DNA from: Amoebidium appalachense
Lineage: Eukaryota > Protista > Ichthyosporea
Reading direction: 5' to 3'
DNA length: 64,000 bases
Assembly (NCBI GenBank): GCA_963693365.1
Contig: CAVNZM010000006.1
Location: forward strand, 4,054,267-4,118,266
Shown here: positions 41,618-56,296 of the stretch, piece after piece
Layout of the letters: each line of letters starts with the position of its first letter
Position numbering within the stretch: the stretch's first letter is position 1
Made by a program: the position numbers and the translations under genes
Notes under the pieces: generated by a model
What the model was told of the DNA's origin: nothing
What the model saw: only the letters and a program-made list of their open reading frames with translations
Databases searched by the model: none

Positions 41618-42687
41618 TTTCTAGTAGTTGTAAGGTGTTGGGATATTATGCGTTTTCTTTCAGACTTCTTTCTTTCTCATAGGCTTGTTTCTTTCTCAAT
41701 ACACACGCGGCTAAAGTTATGAGGGCTGGCTCGTACACCTGATAAAGAAAAAACTTGACGAAACAGACTTGTGACAAAGTTCTGATGAAGAAGAATTGAC
41801 CCTATTCAAGCTTTTAAAGCTTTCGAACAAAGATGGAATGTGCCTCTTCAAGCCCGACCAATCCGCGCTCATTCCAGTGCGAGGCATTCCTCAAATTCCT
41901 TTTTCCCACTTGATTTATTGACAATGATTAGGCCAACAGCATGGTTATGCAGCGGTTGCATTCATTCAGCCATACAGTAATACTTTTCTCATTGCTAATT
42001 TTTTTCCGAAAGTAAATGAAAATGAGTGTTCTGTAAATAAGATAGTAAAGAATTTTGGGGATGCCGTCTCTCCATTTGGCGAAACCGCCATTTCGCCAAG
42101 ACCCAGAAATTGGCGGAAATGGATTATTTATATCTAATTGATCCAATCAGGTACGAGTACATCGGTTCCCTAAACTCCGGCTCGGCTGAGTCGGCTCCAT
42201 GCTTTCTCAAAATTTAATTTGCCGCAGTCATTGCAAGCTTAGTTCTGGCCAAGGGCCCAAGACTCCGCGCAAATATCATTTGAAGTATTCAAATCAACAA
42301 AAAGGGAAATGAAACATGGTTTATGTAAATTGAGTATTCATGTACGGTAATATTCCAAGTTTTGGACCAGCTGTAAGCATTATTATGATTCATGAAACCT
42401 GATAGCATCACATTTCTAAAGTAAAACCCCCATTGAAAACAGTAGATCTGAGCTCGGGGATCTATTATTAGTGACGTTGGATCGATAGTCTAATGGGGGT
42501 TTACGCTGTTTACTCGAGGCAAAGAGAACCAGTCTCAGGTATGGGGGGGGTTTTGCTCGGAATATCCCCTCAGCGGTATATCATGATCACGTACATAGAT
42601 GTCGGGTGGTGACTATATATCAGGGTTTACTTTCTCTACGAGACACCATAAAGACTACAAGGAGAAATCAATTAGTTGGGGTTCCCC

Positions 42688-42727
<40 letters not shown>

Positions 42728-42791
42728 TTTTTTAATTTTAATTTTAATTTTTTTTAAAGGGGCTTCCCTCGGGACACTCGGTATCAGCTGG

Positions 42792-42848
<57 letters not shown>

Positions 42849-43838
42849 TGTGTGTGTGTGCGCTATAATTTTGTAGTGATGTGTTTCTCAAGCCAATCAA
42901 TACATCTAATAAACAGGTCGTAGTTACGCGTGTTTAGTATAAAATCAAGGATGTTGTAATTTACAGGTAGGCTATCTTTCTGGGTGTCTGTTGTGAATGT
43001 GACGTGTGTGTGTTGCGGTATTATGTGGTCTATCAAACTACATTTGGCGATACATGACCGGTTAAACTGGTGTGTGTGATAGTCTAATAGATCTATGCGA
43101 AGGTGAATAACGGCCCGACCTACAAAATGTAAACAACATATTCTAAACTAGCAACGGCAGAATATAGTGGAGTAACATGTAGCGTAGTACAACAGAGTAT
43201 GTAAAATTTTCTATCATTTTTCTTCCCCCTTAAAGCAGCCATAGGGAGACTGGGCAGTGGAATATCGTCGAGAGCTCATCGCCGAGTCTTCAGCCCTCGA
43301 AATTCCTAGCACCAAGCCTTATGTGTACTTAAGAGCCAATCAGATGGTTACTTCTAAATGCGTTGGACTTTTCAACCAATCAACAATTGCTATTAGTCGA
43401 AATTCCGTTTGTTCACCTGGTGCATTCATTCCACACAAAGAGCATAGCGATGAACAAAAACGCTCAAATGCATATAGGCCAACCTTCTTATAGATATCTT
43501 AACAGGCCACATAAACAGTTTTTGTAATGCCTTCAGGTGTTAATATCCGGTGTGAGACAAACATGCTAAGTCTAACCAAACAAATGGGTCCCAAACATGG
43601 CATACCGCGCACCGGCTGACTCTCGACATATGGCGCGCGACTCGTGATCACCGCCATCGTGATCACCGCCATATCCGGGCGTAAACAGCTGGCTGGCACC
43701 ACGCACCATAACCAATTTGATGCAATGCTGGCATATACACAGTGCTCCGGGAGCCTGGGCAACCTGGGCCTGTCAAATTGTCACATTTGCATTTGCCAAT
43801 ATCATACACATACAGCAAGAGCATGAGCAATGAACCCA

Positions 43839-43887
<49 letters not shown>

Positions 43888-44049
43888 AGAAGGGACGTCC
43901 TCTTCTACAGCTTGCACAGTTTTATGTAAATTGAATTTGATTGTTGATGAAAGAGGGGCATACCAGTCAACATGTTAGGTATGTATCAGATTTTTACCTA
44001 TCAAGTATTTGTACAACGTTCGAATTCACTTTCTTTTATAATAAAGACT

Positions 44050-46061
<2,012 letters not shown>

Positions 46062-46137
46062 CTGCAGGGGCACCCACGAAGAATATGCATGATGGATCCG
46101 GAGGGGTGTTGGGGCATTGGTTGTGGTGGTTTTTTTT

Positions 46138-46169
<32 letters not shown>

Positions 46170-46619
46170 GGGGGGGGGGGGGGGGGGGCTGAGGGGGGGA
46201 AAAGAGGGAGCCTCTGAGTGAGGGGGATGCTTTGTAAGGTCAATTAATCGTCAGCACATCTTTTCATCAGGCAGAGTGCAAAGGGCATATATTTATTAGT
46301 GTCACGGTTTATCTTTTTTCACGGGCACAGAAATTTACTTCCGGTAAAGTAAAAAAAAAGCTGCAAGCTGCAAGTTGCGATTCGCAATTCACGAAAACTC
46401 ACAAGTAACCATAGCAAGGGGGAAAAAAAAGGGTAGAACATACTCAATAGCCTCTCTTACCACAACAACAACCGACACAATAATCCAACAGAAACAGAAA
46501 CCACACAACTCCACAAACTAACTTACACTCAGTAACCCTCTACTACGCACACCCTACTGATACACATACACAGACATATCAGATTCTTTATAATAAATAA
46601 AAAAAACACTCAATTCGCA

Positions 46620-47002
46620 TTACGCCGTAGAAACCGCCTCCCCTGATGTTGCAGCCGGAACCTCAGGCACGGCAGGGGTTTTTCCGCGTGCAGTATTGAG
46701 AATCGCCATCGCTCTCTCTTTCATATGCAAACCAGTGTCGGTTGTGCACACACCCTTCTGCCCGGTGGAAGACAGCAAAAAGTGGCAGTCGTGTTTTTTC
46801 AGAGTTTCGATCATTTCTTCTTTGAGTTGCAGGCCTTTCTCTGATGCGAGATTGTCTGGGCGAGTGTAGAGAATGTAGTTGTCGAAACCCTTCATCTTAT
46901 CGATAGTTCGGATGACTTGAGACGTCATGCGCAGGGAGATTTCCCGGTCGAGAATGTCACTGTGTTTGTGTTTTTGGACGTGTGTGTGTGTGTGCGTGTG
47001 TA

Positions 47003-47049
<47 letters not shown>

Positions 47050-47175
47050 ATGTGTGTGTACATGTGTATGTGTGTGTGTACACGTGTGTGTGTGTGTGTG
47101 TGGTGTGTACATGTGTGTGTACATGTGTATGTGTGTACATGTGTATGTGTGTGTACATGTGTATGTGTGTGTGTA

Positions 47176-47272
<97 letters not shown>

Positions 47273-47284
47273 ATGTGTATGTAT

Positions 47285-47362
<78 letters not shown>

Positions 47363-47594
47363 ACGTGCACGGGCACAATATTCAACATATGTGGGTGGGG
47401 GAAGTATAATCGGCCGGGTAAATTGACTTGGATTGTGATTTCTTGAATACAACAGACATGAATTCACTTCGAATCCAATGTGCTCCGGTTACCTTGTTAA
47501 CGACCATGCACGGCAAACACAGAATTGAAAAAGCATTAAAACCAAACATGCGCCTACCAGATGTGCCCACGTATGGAAAACAAGTGAGGACGGG

Positions 47595-47656
<62 letters not shown>

Positions 47657-48027
47657 AAAGGGATTGTATAGATTAGAGGGTTGGAAAGCGGAAGAGACAA
47701 CACATAACAAAATACAAACCGTTCCAAAAATAAAACCCGAAATCGAGCCATAAAAGAGAATAAATAAAAACCGTGAAGACAGGCAGAAAGGACTTCCAAA
47801 GCGGCATCCCGGGAGAGGGAGGAGGAGGAGGGGGAGGGGGGGGGGGGGGGGGGGGGGGAGGGAGGGAATGTATGCCATAGAGCATGGGAAACACTGAAGC
47901 CAACACAATCACAATAGAGGAGACCAGCAGAAAACAACAAATAATCTACACAAATGTGCAGGAGCACAGGAGCAACGGAGGGAGGTGGGGGGAGGGGGGA
48001 GGGGTTGGGAGGATGATCCAGGGGGAA

Positions 48028-48074
<47 letters not shown>

Positions 48075-48092
48075 GGAACAAAGCTTCGGGGA

Positions 48093-48127
<35 letters not shown>

Positions 48128-48202
48128 ATTGAAAATTGGCAGTCAGCATCGGTGGTTTTTTCCCGCAGGGAAGAGCGAAGGGGGAGAGGGGGGGAGGGGG
48201 TA

Positions 48203-48235
<33 letters not shown>

Positions 48236-48389
48236 CGGGGGGAGGAAGACATTTCCAGCACGTGGAAGAGTACCGATGTGTGTACACCTGCAACTAATCC
48301 CAGCAGATAAGCAAGTACTAGTTGCAACATAAGTGCATGCAGTACTTAGGGTGCACAGTCACCATAGCAACCGGGGTCAAGGGCAGGGG

Positions 48390-48427
<38 letters not shown>

Positions 48428-48454
48428 CGTGGTGGTGGTGGTGGTGGTGGTGGT

Positions 48455-48499
<45 letters not shown>

Positions 48500-48731
48500 C
48501 GACCTGAAGTATGTGCCGGAGTGCACGTTGGGGAACCATTTTCTTGGGTTCCTGAGAGGACACACACATCAGCACACCACTCATAAACTAACAAGATTCA
48601 ACAATAAAAATTGAGTAAGCCCCCCTCCCCCTCTCCCTCCCCTAACCCACTCCCCCCAAAAAGGTCACACACAGACGCACAGACACAGAATCACGCACAC
48701 ACACACGCACACATGCACACACGCACACACA

Positions 48732-48762
<31 letters not shown>

Positions 48763-49024
48763 CAAACGCGCATGCACACACATACGCACGCACAAACGCG
48801 CGCGCGCGCACAATCACCACCACCAATTAAGGAGAGATACTCCCCCCCCCCCCCCCCCCCCCAAACATACACTCTCACCAGCTTTCCTATCCATCCCTCC
48901 TCCCCTCCCCCCCCCCCCCCCCTCTCCCCCAACCCCCACTAGCACCAGCACCACCACCACCACCATCACACACACACACACACAAGCACACGCACACGCA
49001 CACGCACACACACGCACACGCACG

Positions 49025-49055
<31 letters not shown>

Positions 49056-50228
49056 TACCCTGATTGAGCCAATCGAGCAATCTACCTACATTCCGCGGGG
49101 GGGGGGGGGGGGGTTTGAATGCGTCAAAAAGTACGAAGTACACAAGAACAAACGGATAACACGATGCAGAATGCAAGCCATACATAAAGAGTATGCATAA
49201 TAAGCAGAGCCCATCCTCAGGGGGGGCCCACGTCATCCACAGTACCCGAGTTTCGACCTATTCCCCTCGTTAACGAAACCCAACTCAGATACTGTTTCAC
49301 TTGAACATGAGTAGGTCACCCGTCTTGATCAGAGACGAGCAGGGTTGCTTATGCAGGGGGGGGGATTCCTGGACGCCCCGGGAAAAATAAATAAAACAAG
49401 ATAAAAATGAACAAATAAACAAGACACGAAAAAAGCAACAGGGAGAAAAAAACAAACAAAAAAAAACAAAACCAAACATGCGCGTGCAGACACAGAAATA
49501 GAGAAAACACACGTACGCAAGAACACACACACACATGCACGCATGCACAAGCACACATACACCACCCGATAACCCTTCCCCACCTCCCATCCTCCCTCCC
49601 TCCCCCCCCCCCCCCCCCCCCCCCCCAACCACCACCAAATCCTTTCAGCCCCACAAATGGAAATCTTTTTCACCCCACCATTCCCTTCCCTCATTGTGAT
49701 GCCCCTGTTTTCTATAACCCCACCCATATGACAACCCACACAAAAAGCAACCCACCTAATCCTACACAGCACACACACAGCTTGTCATCAAGTCCAACAT
49801 GACCGTTCGTATATTGACCCCCCCCCCCCCCCACACGCACTTCTTGTTTAAGAAGCTGAAGACCAACCCCCCCCCCCCCCCCCCCCCCCTGCACAACACA
49901 CCCACCCACCCACCCAGCAAAAAGAAATGAGAGATGTTTTTCCCCTTCAAGTTGTTAGTGGAAATACAAAAGAAAGAGAAGAACGAAAAAACACATTTCT
50001 TGTTAAGAGAGCTGAAGATTAAAACCTCCCCCCTCCCCTCTTCAACCCCCCCGGCACCTTCTCCCCCTATCCCATCCCATTCCCTTATCCCCACGCCCTC
50101 CCCCCCCAAAAGCACACACACAAAAGAGAGAGGCTTTTCCTTTCAAATTGTTCGTGGAAATGCAAAAGGAAAGAAACGAAACATGCACTTCTTGTTTGAG
50201 AAGCTGGATATTATCCCCCCCGTCCCAG

Positions 50229-50262
<34 letters not shown>

Positions 50263-50590
50263 ACCTCCACCACCCTCCCCCGGGCTACTTACCCCCCCCT
50301 CCCCCCCCCCCCCCCCCCCCCCCGCTCACCCCCCCCCCCACAAAAAAAAGAAAGAAAGAAAGAAAGAACGAAACACACACACACACGCACGCAGCACACC
50401 CGAAACAGATATGTTTTTTTCCCATTCAAGTTGTTCGTGGAAATTCAAAAAAAAGAAAAAAGCGCAGCACTTACTTCTTGTTTGAAAAGCTGATGCTGTG
50501 GCCGGACTGAATGCCCTTGCCCCCATACAGCCCCCTCTGCGCACGGTTGGGCTGTGACGCACGGAGGAAAAAGTTGCGCGCACCGAGCAT
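46620..50590 (-). CDS. MRPL28: Mitochondrial ribosomal protein bL28m; exons 50475-50590, 48504-48551, 46620-46959
   Basis: MLGARNFFLRASQPNRAQRGLYGGKGIQSGHSISFSNK-KNPRKWFPNVHSGTYF-SDILDREISLRMTSQVIRTIDKMKGFDNYIL is the L28-family signature with a mitochondrial-type presequence; GT-AG junctions in phase. Confidence 0.93.
49113..49357 (-). mobile_element. Young full-length copy 7 of the structured dispersed repeat, in an MRPL28 intron
   Basis: Differs from 56294-56538 at only three positions. Confidence 0.92.
49835..50495 (-). repeat. Degenerate tandem duplications of the MRPL28 exon end / 5' splice-site region
   Basis: Plus-strand ACTTCTTGTTTGAAAAGCTGA-like motif at ~49839, ~49995, ~50187 and 50473 (the real exon end); TTCAAGTTGTTCGTGGAAAT-like motif at ~49946, ~50141 and ~50425. 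Confidence 0.8.
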
Positions 50591-50727
50591 TTTCCAGAAT
50601 GGTCGGGTATGATGTTGCACTGCGTGTGGGAGGGAATAAGGTTAGTGTGATTGTAATGTGTGTATAAATGTGTGTACGTGTGCATGTAGGAGGGAGTGTG
50701 AGTGAATGTGAGAGGTTGTGTGTGTGT

Positions 50728-50766
<39 letters not shown>

Positions 50767-50774
50767 TGAGTGAG

Positions 50775-50850
<76 letters not shown>

Positions 50851-51424
50851 AACTGTATGCATGCATTGCGAGTGTGAGTGAGTGTACTTTGGGTGTCTGT
50901 GTGTGTGTTGCCAGTGTATGTGTGTATTGTAAGTGTGTGTGAGTGGGTGTGTGTGTGTGTGTGTGTCTGTTGTGCATGTGTGTGTGTGTGCGGGTTGTAT
51001 ATGTCGGTTGAGTGAACATGTGAGTGAGCCAGTGAGTGTTTGTGTGTTAGTGTTAGTGTGTGTTGTGTGTATTGTGAGGGTGTGGATCGGAAATGTCCGT
51101 GTGAATACTTGCGTGTGTGGGGAGGTAGGGAGGGTGGTAGGGAGGTAGGGACGGAGGGAGGGAGGGATGGATTGTGTGAAAATGTGTCTGTTAGCCTTTG
51201 TTCGAGCGTGTGAAAAGCATGACCAGGTGAAGGATGGATCCACAAAGACACTGAACCAGGCAAGAGACCACTTGCTACCGCAAAAACACGGGCATATGCT
51301 CATATATTCACAGCGACAAGGTTGGAGGGAGGAAGGGGGGAGAGGGGGGAGGGGGGGTGAGGAGCGTGAAATTAATCTATTTTGGGGTGTGCATTCGCCG
51401 CCAAGAGAAGAAGGGGGGGAAAGG

Positions 51425-51535
51425 GGTTTAATATGTGTTATTGAGTACGAAGTAAACATTCATAACGGGCAACAAAACGCAGAGTGCAAACCATACAAAA
51501 AGAGCATGCACAATCAGAGGAACCCATGCTCAAGG
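51425..51535 (-). mobile_element. 5'-truncated, diverged copy 8 of the structured dispersed repeat
   Basis: Plus strand AGTACGAAGTA...ACGGGCAACA...GCAGAGTGCAAACCATACAAAAAGAGCATGCA...CCCATGCTCAAGGGG is collinear with 49130-49225. Confidence 0.75.
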
Positions 51536-53039
51536 GGAAGGGGGGAGGGGGGGACGGGGGAGGGAAGGGAAATGCATAGATACCGGGTGTAAGAAAACAA
51601 AATGCACACAAAGATTTCCAAAGCAACAACAATACAGACAAAAAGGACCAAAAACTACAGGAAATAGCAACCAACTGTGCATGGGCAGCCCTTCCTTAAC
51701 CCCCCCCCCCCCCCCCCTGGGTGAAGGAACAACGGGAGCAGGGCAAAACACAAGAAGGAAAAACCAAACAAATAGTATACTGACACCGTGGTGGAGCGAG
51801 AGAGAGAAAGAGGAGGGGAAGGAGGGGGGAAGAGAGAAGGGTGATAGGCATGAACGCCCATCCAGAACCACAGGTGAATGCTACACAGATGTTAATTGCA
51901 ATAAACCAAACACTAGAAGAAAAGAAAGTACAAGCGATAATCCCAAAGTGGGACCCACATCTGCCAGTGGGAAGCGAAAAAAGGGGAGAAGGGAGAGAGA
52001 GGTGAGGGAGTGGAGCTGGACCAAAGAGCTCCTCATCCATTCAAACAGGTCACCAAGCAACCAGAAACGTTAAAACGACGCAGTGATGGGGTTGGCAGGG
52101 GAGGTGTGCAGTGGTAGCAAGGTCGATAGCAGACGAAGAGAGCAGCGATCGATGACTTCAGTGAGCTACAGTTGATAACATCTACCGTTTCCTCAATCCA
52201 AAAGTTGCCACCACAAAACAATGCACAGCCCCATATGCCCCTGCCGAGTATACACGACGACCTATGCGAGAACACATGCACACAGATGAAGAGAGAGAGA
52301 GAGATAGAAAGACAGAAAAGCTCGCATAAACCACTTGCACGCATGCTAACACGCACAACACGCTTACACCACGCTTACACGTGAAACCTTGGTGGGAAGC
52401 CCAACCGAAGTCTTGAAGCTGCTGTTAAGTACAAGAACCATTCTTCCCCAGAAGCCAAAAGCAAGAACCATATCAGGCACAGCCTGGCCACTCCAACAGG
52501 CGTATATACAGGCATGATGTAAAGAGGGTCAAACAAGGATGTTTAAAAGGCATAAAATACACGGCCCGCATAGAGAGAAGAGAGGGGGGAGAGCGTGCGA
52601 GAGAGAGAAAGGGGTGGGGTGGGCGGAGAGGGGAAGCAGGGGCGCGGGGGGGGGTGGGGGGGGGGGGAAGAGGGGGGGAGGGGGGGGGGGGGGGGGGGAG
52701 GGGGGGGAACAGGGGAGAGAGAGAGAAGAGAGGGGGGGGGGGGGGGGAGCCATAGAGAGATAGAACGCACCTGCCAAAGGTTTGGTTTAAGTGTGGCTGA
52801 CAGGTTTCAATACTGGGGCTCTGAGGCACACACCGCCTTGTGCATTGAATGAATGAATGAATTTTCACAGAGTCTGAGGTCTCTAGTTGGTCTTCGAGTT
52901 TTACCTGAGTATTTTCCCGTAACTGCTCGTATGCTTGCACTTTACACCGTGTGTCAAGAAACTATACCAACTGAAAAAGGTAACCTAAATACACACGTAC
53001 ACGTGATCACGTTATCCCTTTCTCAAGTTCCGTGAGACT

Positions 53040-53575
53040 TGGGCCCTCCCTTCTCCGGCTTTGTTTCTGTGTCTGACGTCGACTGGGCCACGTTGGTGGG
53101 TGGGTGGGTGTGGATTAGTCTTCACCTAAACATGTTACCCCACCAATTGTACTTGATGACCGCCACAATTCCTCGAATTGGTCTGTGAATGGTGACGTCA
53201 TTTATGCAGACTATTTGATGGTTCTGGGAAGGCCACCTCAGTACAGGTTCAACTGCAAACACATCAACTTGCAACGCACTAAACAAACATTTCTGGTTTC
53301 ATGATATGGCCACATCTTGGTTTGGTTTCATGATATACGCCACATCTTGATTTGGTTTCATGATATACGCCACATGTTGGTTGCAACTTAACACACACTA
53401 TATACATAGCGTCTGTGCTTTATGAAGCAAGGTTCATCGTTCCTGACGCACACGCACACACTCGAACGACAAGAACTACACACCAAACAACCCTCTAATC
53501 GTAGCGAGTAATCAACCAGAAAAGAGGAAAGGTAAAACATACATAACAATAACCGCCACTCTTCTAATTATAGCC
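53040..53575. promoter_or_regulatory. Probable divergent promoter region between the MRPL28 locus (-) and the Rdx gene (+)
   Basis: Head-to-head gene arrangement; microsatellite-poor; CCAAT (~53143) and TGACGTCA (53193-53200). Confidence 0.4.
53294..53382. repeat. Tandem repeat, 3 x ~30 bp (TGGTTTCATGATATACGCCACATCTTGRTT)
   Basis: Directly visible, with no spacers. Confidence 0.9.
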
Positions 53576-54205
53576 ATGTCTGAACCAGCGCCCGCATCGG
53601 CGGCCACGGTAGCAGCCCCTGTGCAGGCAGGCACTGAGGCTAGTGTGCTTGCAGATGTTAGCCCCAAAATCGTGTTTGAGTACTGCCTGGGCTGCAGATG
53701 GGGTCTGAGGGCAGGATGGCTTGCACAGGTACGTTTGTGTGCTTGCGGTAGACACTATTTTTTCCTGTTTTGGGTGACTGATGCATTAGGTGCCATGGTG
53801 CCCCATGGAGGTTAGAGCACATGACTGTGTCCCTGGTCATCAGGGCTGTTTAGGGCTGTGAAGAGTGGAGCTCCGGTTGGCGTATGGGTGAAAGTGTGTT
53901 TTTTGCTTCCCTCGCATCCCCCACGCCTGTCTGCTAGCTCAGATCTTGTGTCTCTCTCCCCCCTCTGTCTCTCGCTCCCTCCCTTCCTCTCACCCTCCCC
54001 CCGCCCCCTCTTCCTCCCACCCCTCCCTTCCTCCCTCCTCTCCCTCTCCCTCTCCCTCTCCCTCTCTCCCTCCCCGCCCTCCCCCCCCCCCCCCTCTCTC
54101 GTTCCCTCTCTCCCCCCCCCCCTCCCCCCTCCCTCCCTCCCTCCCTCCCTCCCTCCTTCCCTCCCTCTCTCCCTCCCTCCCTCCTTCCGTCCCTGCCACC
54201 CCTCC

Positions 54206-54236
<31 letters not shown>

Positions 54237-54969
54237 TTCTTTCTCTTCTGTGTGTGTGTGTCTCTCTCTTCCGCGCCTTCCACGTCTATCCCACTCTCTC
54301 TCCCCCTCCCACTCCGCCTTCCTCCCCCCTGCCTACGCTCACCTCCCCCTGCCTCCTCCTCCCCCCCCTCTCTCCCCTCCCCTCGTCTCCCAAGCCCCTT
54401 ACTCCCTAACTCCCTCCCCCTCTCACTTTCCCACCTTCCTTTCCACCCGCAACGCCTCTGCCGCCCAGTTCTCCTCCCTCCCTCACTCCCCCCGCTCTCT
54501 CCCTCCCTCCCCCACCACCTCCCCTCCCTCCTTCTGCTACAGCCTGTGCACCCCCCCCTCCCCCCCCCCCCTCCTTTCCCCTCCTCCCTTCCCTTCCTTT
54601 GTGTATTGACGGGCACGGGGACCGGGGCTTTTCTTTCCCTCCCTCCCCTCCCTCCCTCCAACCCCACTTTCCATTTCTAATTTCAGCCGTGTTTCCGCAG
54701 GAGCTTTTAGTCACGTTTGAGGACCAAATCAAAGAGGTTTCCATGCGGCCAATACGCCAGCCTGCCGGCACATTTCGTGTGTGGGTGAACTCTGAGCTGA
54801 TTTTCTGCCGAAAGAAGGAGGGCAGGTTTCCAGAAACAAAGGAGTTGAAACAGGTGGGTTTGATGTGCAACACGTGTGTTTGGTGGGCGTGTGCGTCGTT
54901 GAGTGTGTGTGGGGGGTCGTTTTGCAGGTGTACGTTTGTTTGTGTGTGTGTGAAGGGGTGTGTGTGTGT

Positions 54970-55000
<31 letters not shown>

Positions 55001-55849
55001 ATGTGTGTGTGGGTGTGGGTATTTCGCATTTGGGCTTTTCTGGACAGTAGGGGCAGCTGTTTTTCTTCCCATGAGATATGCAAATTCTTGACGTCGATTT
55101 TGTTTTGTGTAGTCGTCAAAGCTGTGTTGCCCTTTTCCGTTGTTTGTTTTTCCATCTTTATCTGTTCCGTCTGTTTTTTCCGTGAGAGGAGAATGGGGCC
55201 GGGGGGAGGGGGAGGGGGAGGGGAAGGGGGGGGGGGGGGGGGGGGGGGGGATGGGTGGACGGGTGGGAAGGTGTGCCTGTTTATGTGTGTGTGTGCGTTT
55301 TTTTTTGTTTGTTTTTTTTTTTTTGGGGGGGGGGGGAGGGGGGGGGGGGGAGAGAAGGTGGTGTTGGAGTCTCTGCATTTTCCCGAACGAGCACATACAT
55401 GCATGCAGTGTATGCAATGCCATGAAGTACATACCAAGTTCTTATGAAAAATTAAATATGATGTCAAAAAATCTTGGTAAGACATTCAAACATTAACTCG
55501 ATCACTGGTCGGATAGGTAGTTTTTGGGCCTGGGGTGTGAACACGACATTTTTTGATCCGGATTTGACTAGAGGAGTTCTGTATTGCCTTATTTGGTCTG
55601 TCAACACCACGTGTGCACGTGACTTCCTGTGGCGCATATATATGGACCGCTCTTTTAGATTTAGAGCCCTAGCCTTGTATCTAGGTATGGTAATATAATA
55701 AGTTTTGGGCACTATGTATACACGTAATTTTTCGGTAGCAAGAATCCACGAACAAAACAAGATTTGTATCTTGTTAACGCAAGCGAGATCGTGGAGGATA
55801 GGAGATGAGACGGGGGCGGGGGGGAGAGGGGGAGGAGGGGATATGGTGG

Positions 55850-55934
<85 letters not shown>

Positions 55935-56095
55935 CGCGTGCGTGCGTGCGTGCGTGCGTGCACGCGCGGGGTGTGTGTGTGTGTGTCGGGGGGGGGGGGG
56001 GGGGGGGGGGGTAGCTTTGGCTAATATTCTTCTCCTTGCAGATGATCCGAGATAAAATCGATCCTGGCCGATCACTTGGTCATTCAGACAAGTAG
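53576..56095 (+). CDS. Rdx-family (SelW/SelT/SelH-like) thioredoxin-fold protein, Cys-containing form; exons 53576-53728, 54701-54853, 56042-56095
   Basis: [28 protein letters not shown]...GTFRVWVN...[32 protein letters not shown] matches the Rdx family consensus; CxxC, no in-frame TGA. Confidence 0.93.
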
Positions 56096-56251
56096 GATCT
56101 TCGGTGTTTTCGGGGGGGGGGGGGGGGGGGGTCTTGTCTTTTTTTCTTTTCTTTTTCTTTTCTTTACTTTTTCTTTTTTTTTTTTTTTTGTGTGTGTGTG
56201 TGTGTCTATGTGTTTTTGTTGTTCGGTGGTTGTGGATGGGTGTGTGTGTGT

Positions 56252-56293
<42 letters not shown>

Positions 56294-56296
<3 letters not shown>

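Noticed and set aside
49205-49295. Hammerhead ribozyme in the dispersed repeat (CTGAGGA and GAAAC on the minus strand)
   Set aside because: The flanks of the two motifs do not form stem II in either topology, and the CTGA upstream of GAAAC reads CTGAGTT, not CTGANGA.
53294-53382. CRISPR-like ~30-bp repeats
   Set aside because: Head-to-tail with no spacers, no cas genes, eukaryotic context.
55464-55800. Antisense open frame in the second Rdx intron
   Set aside because: No recognisable motif, start or splice partner.
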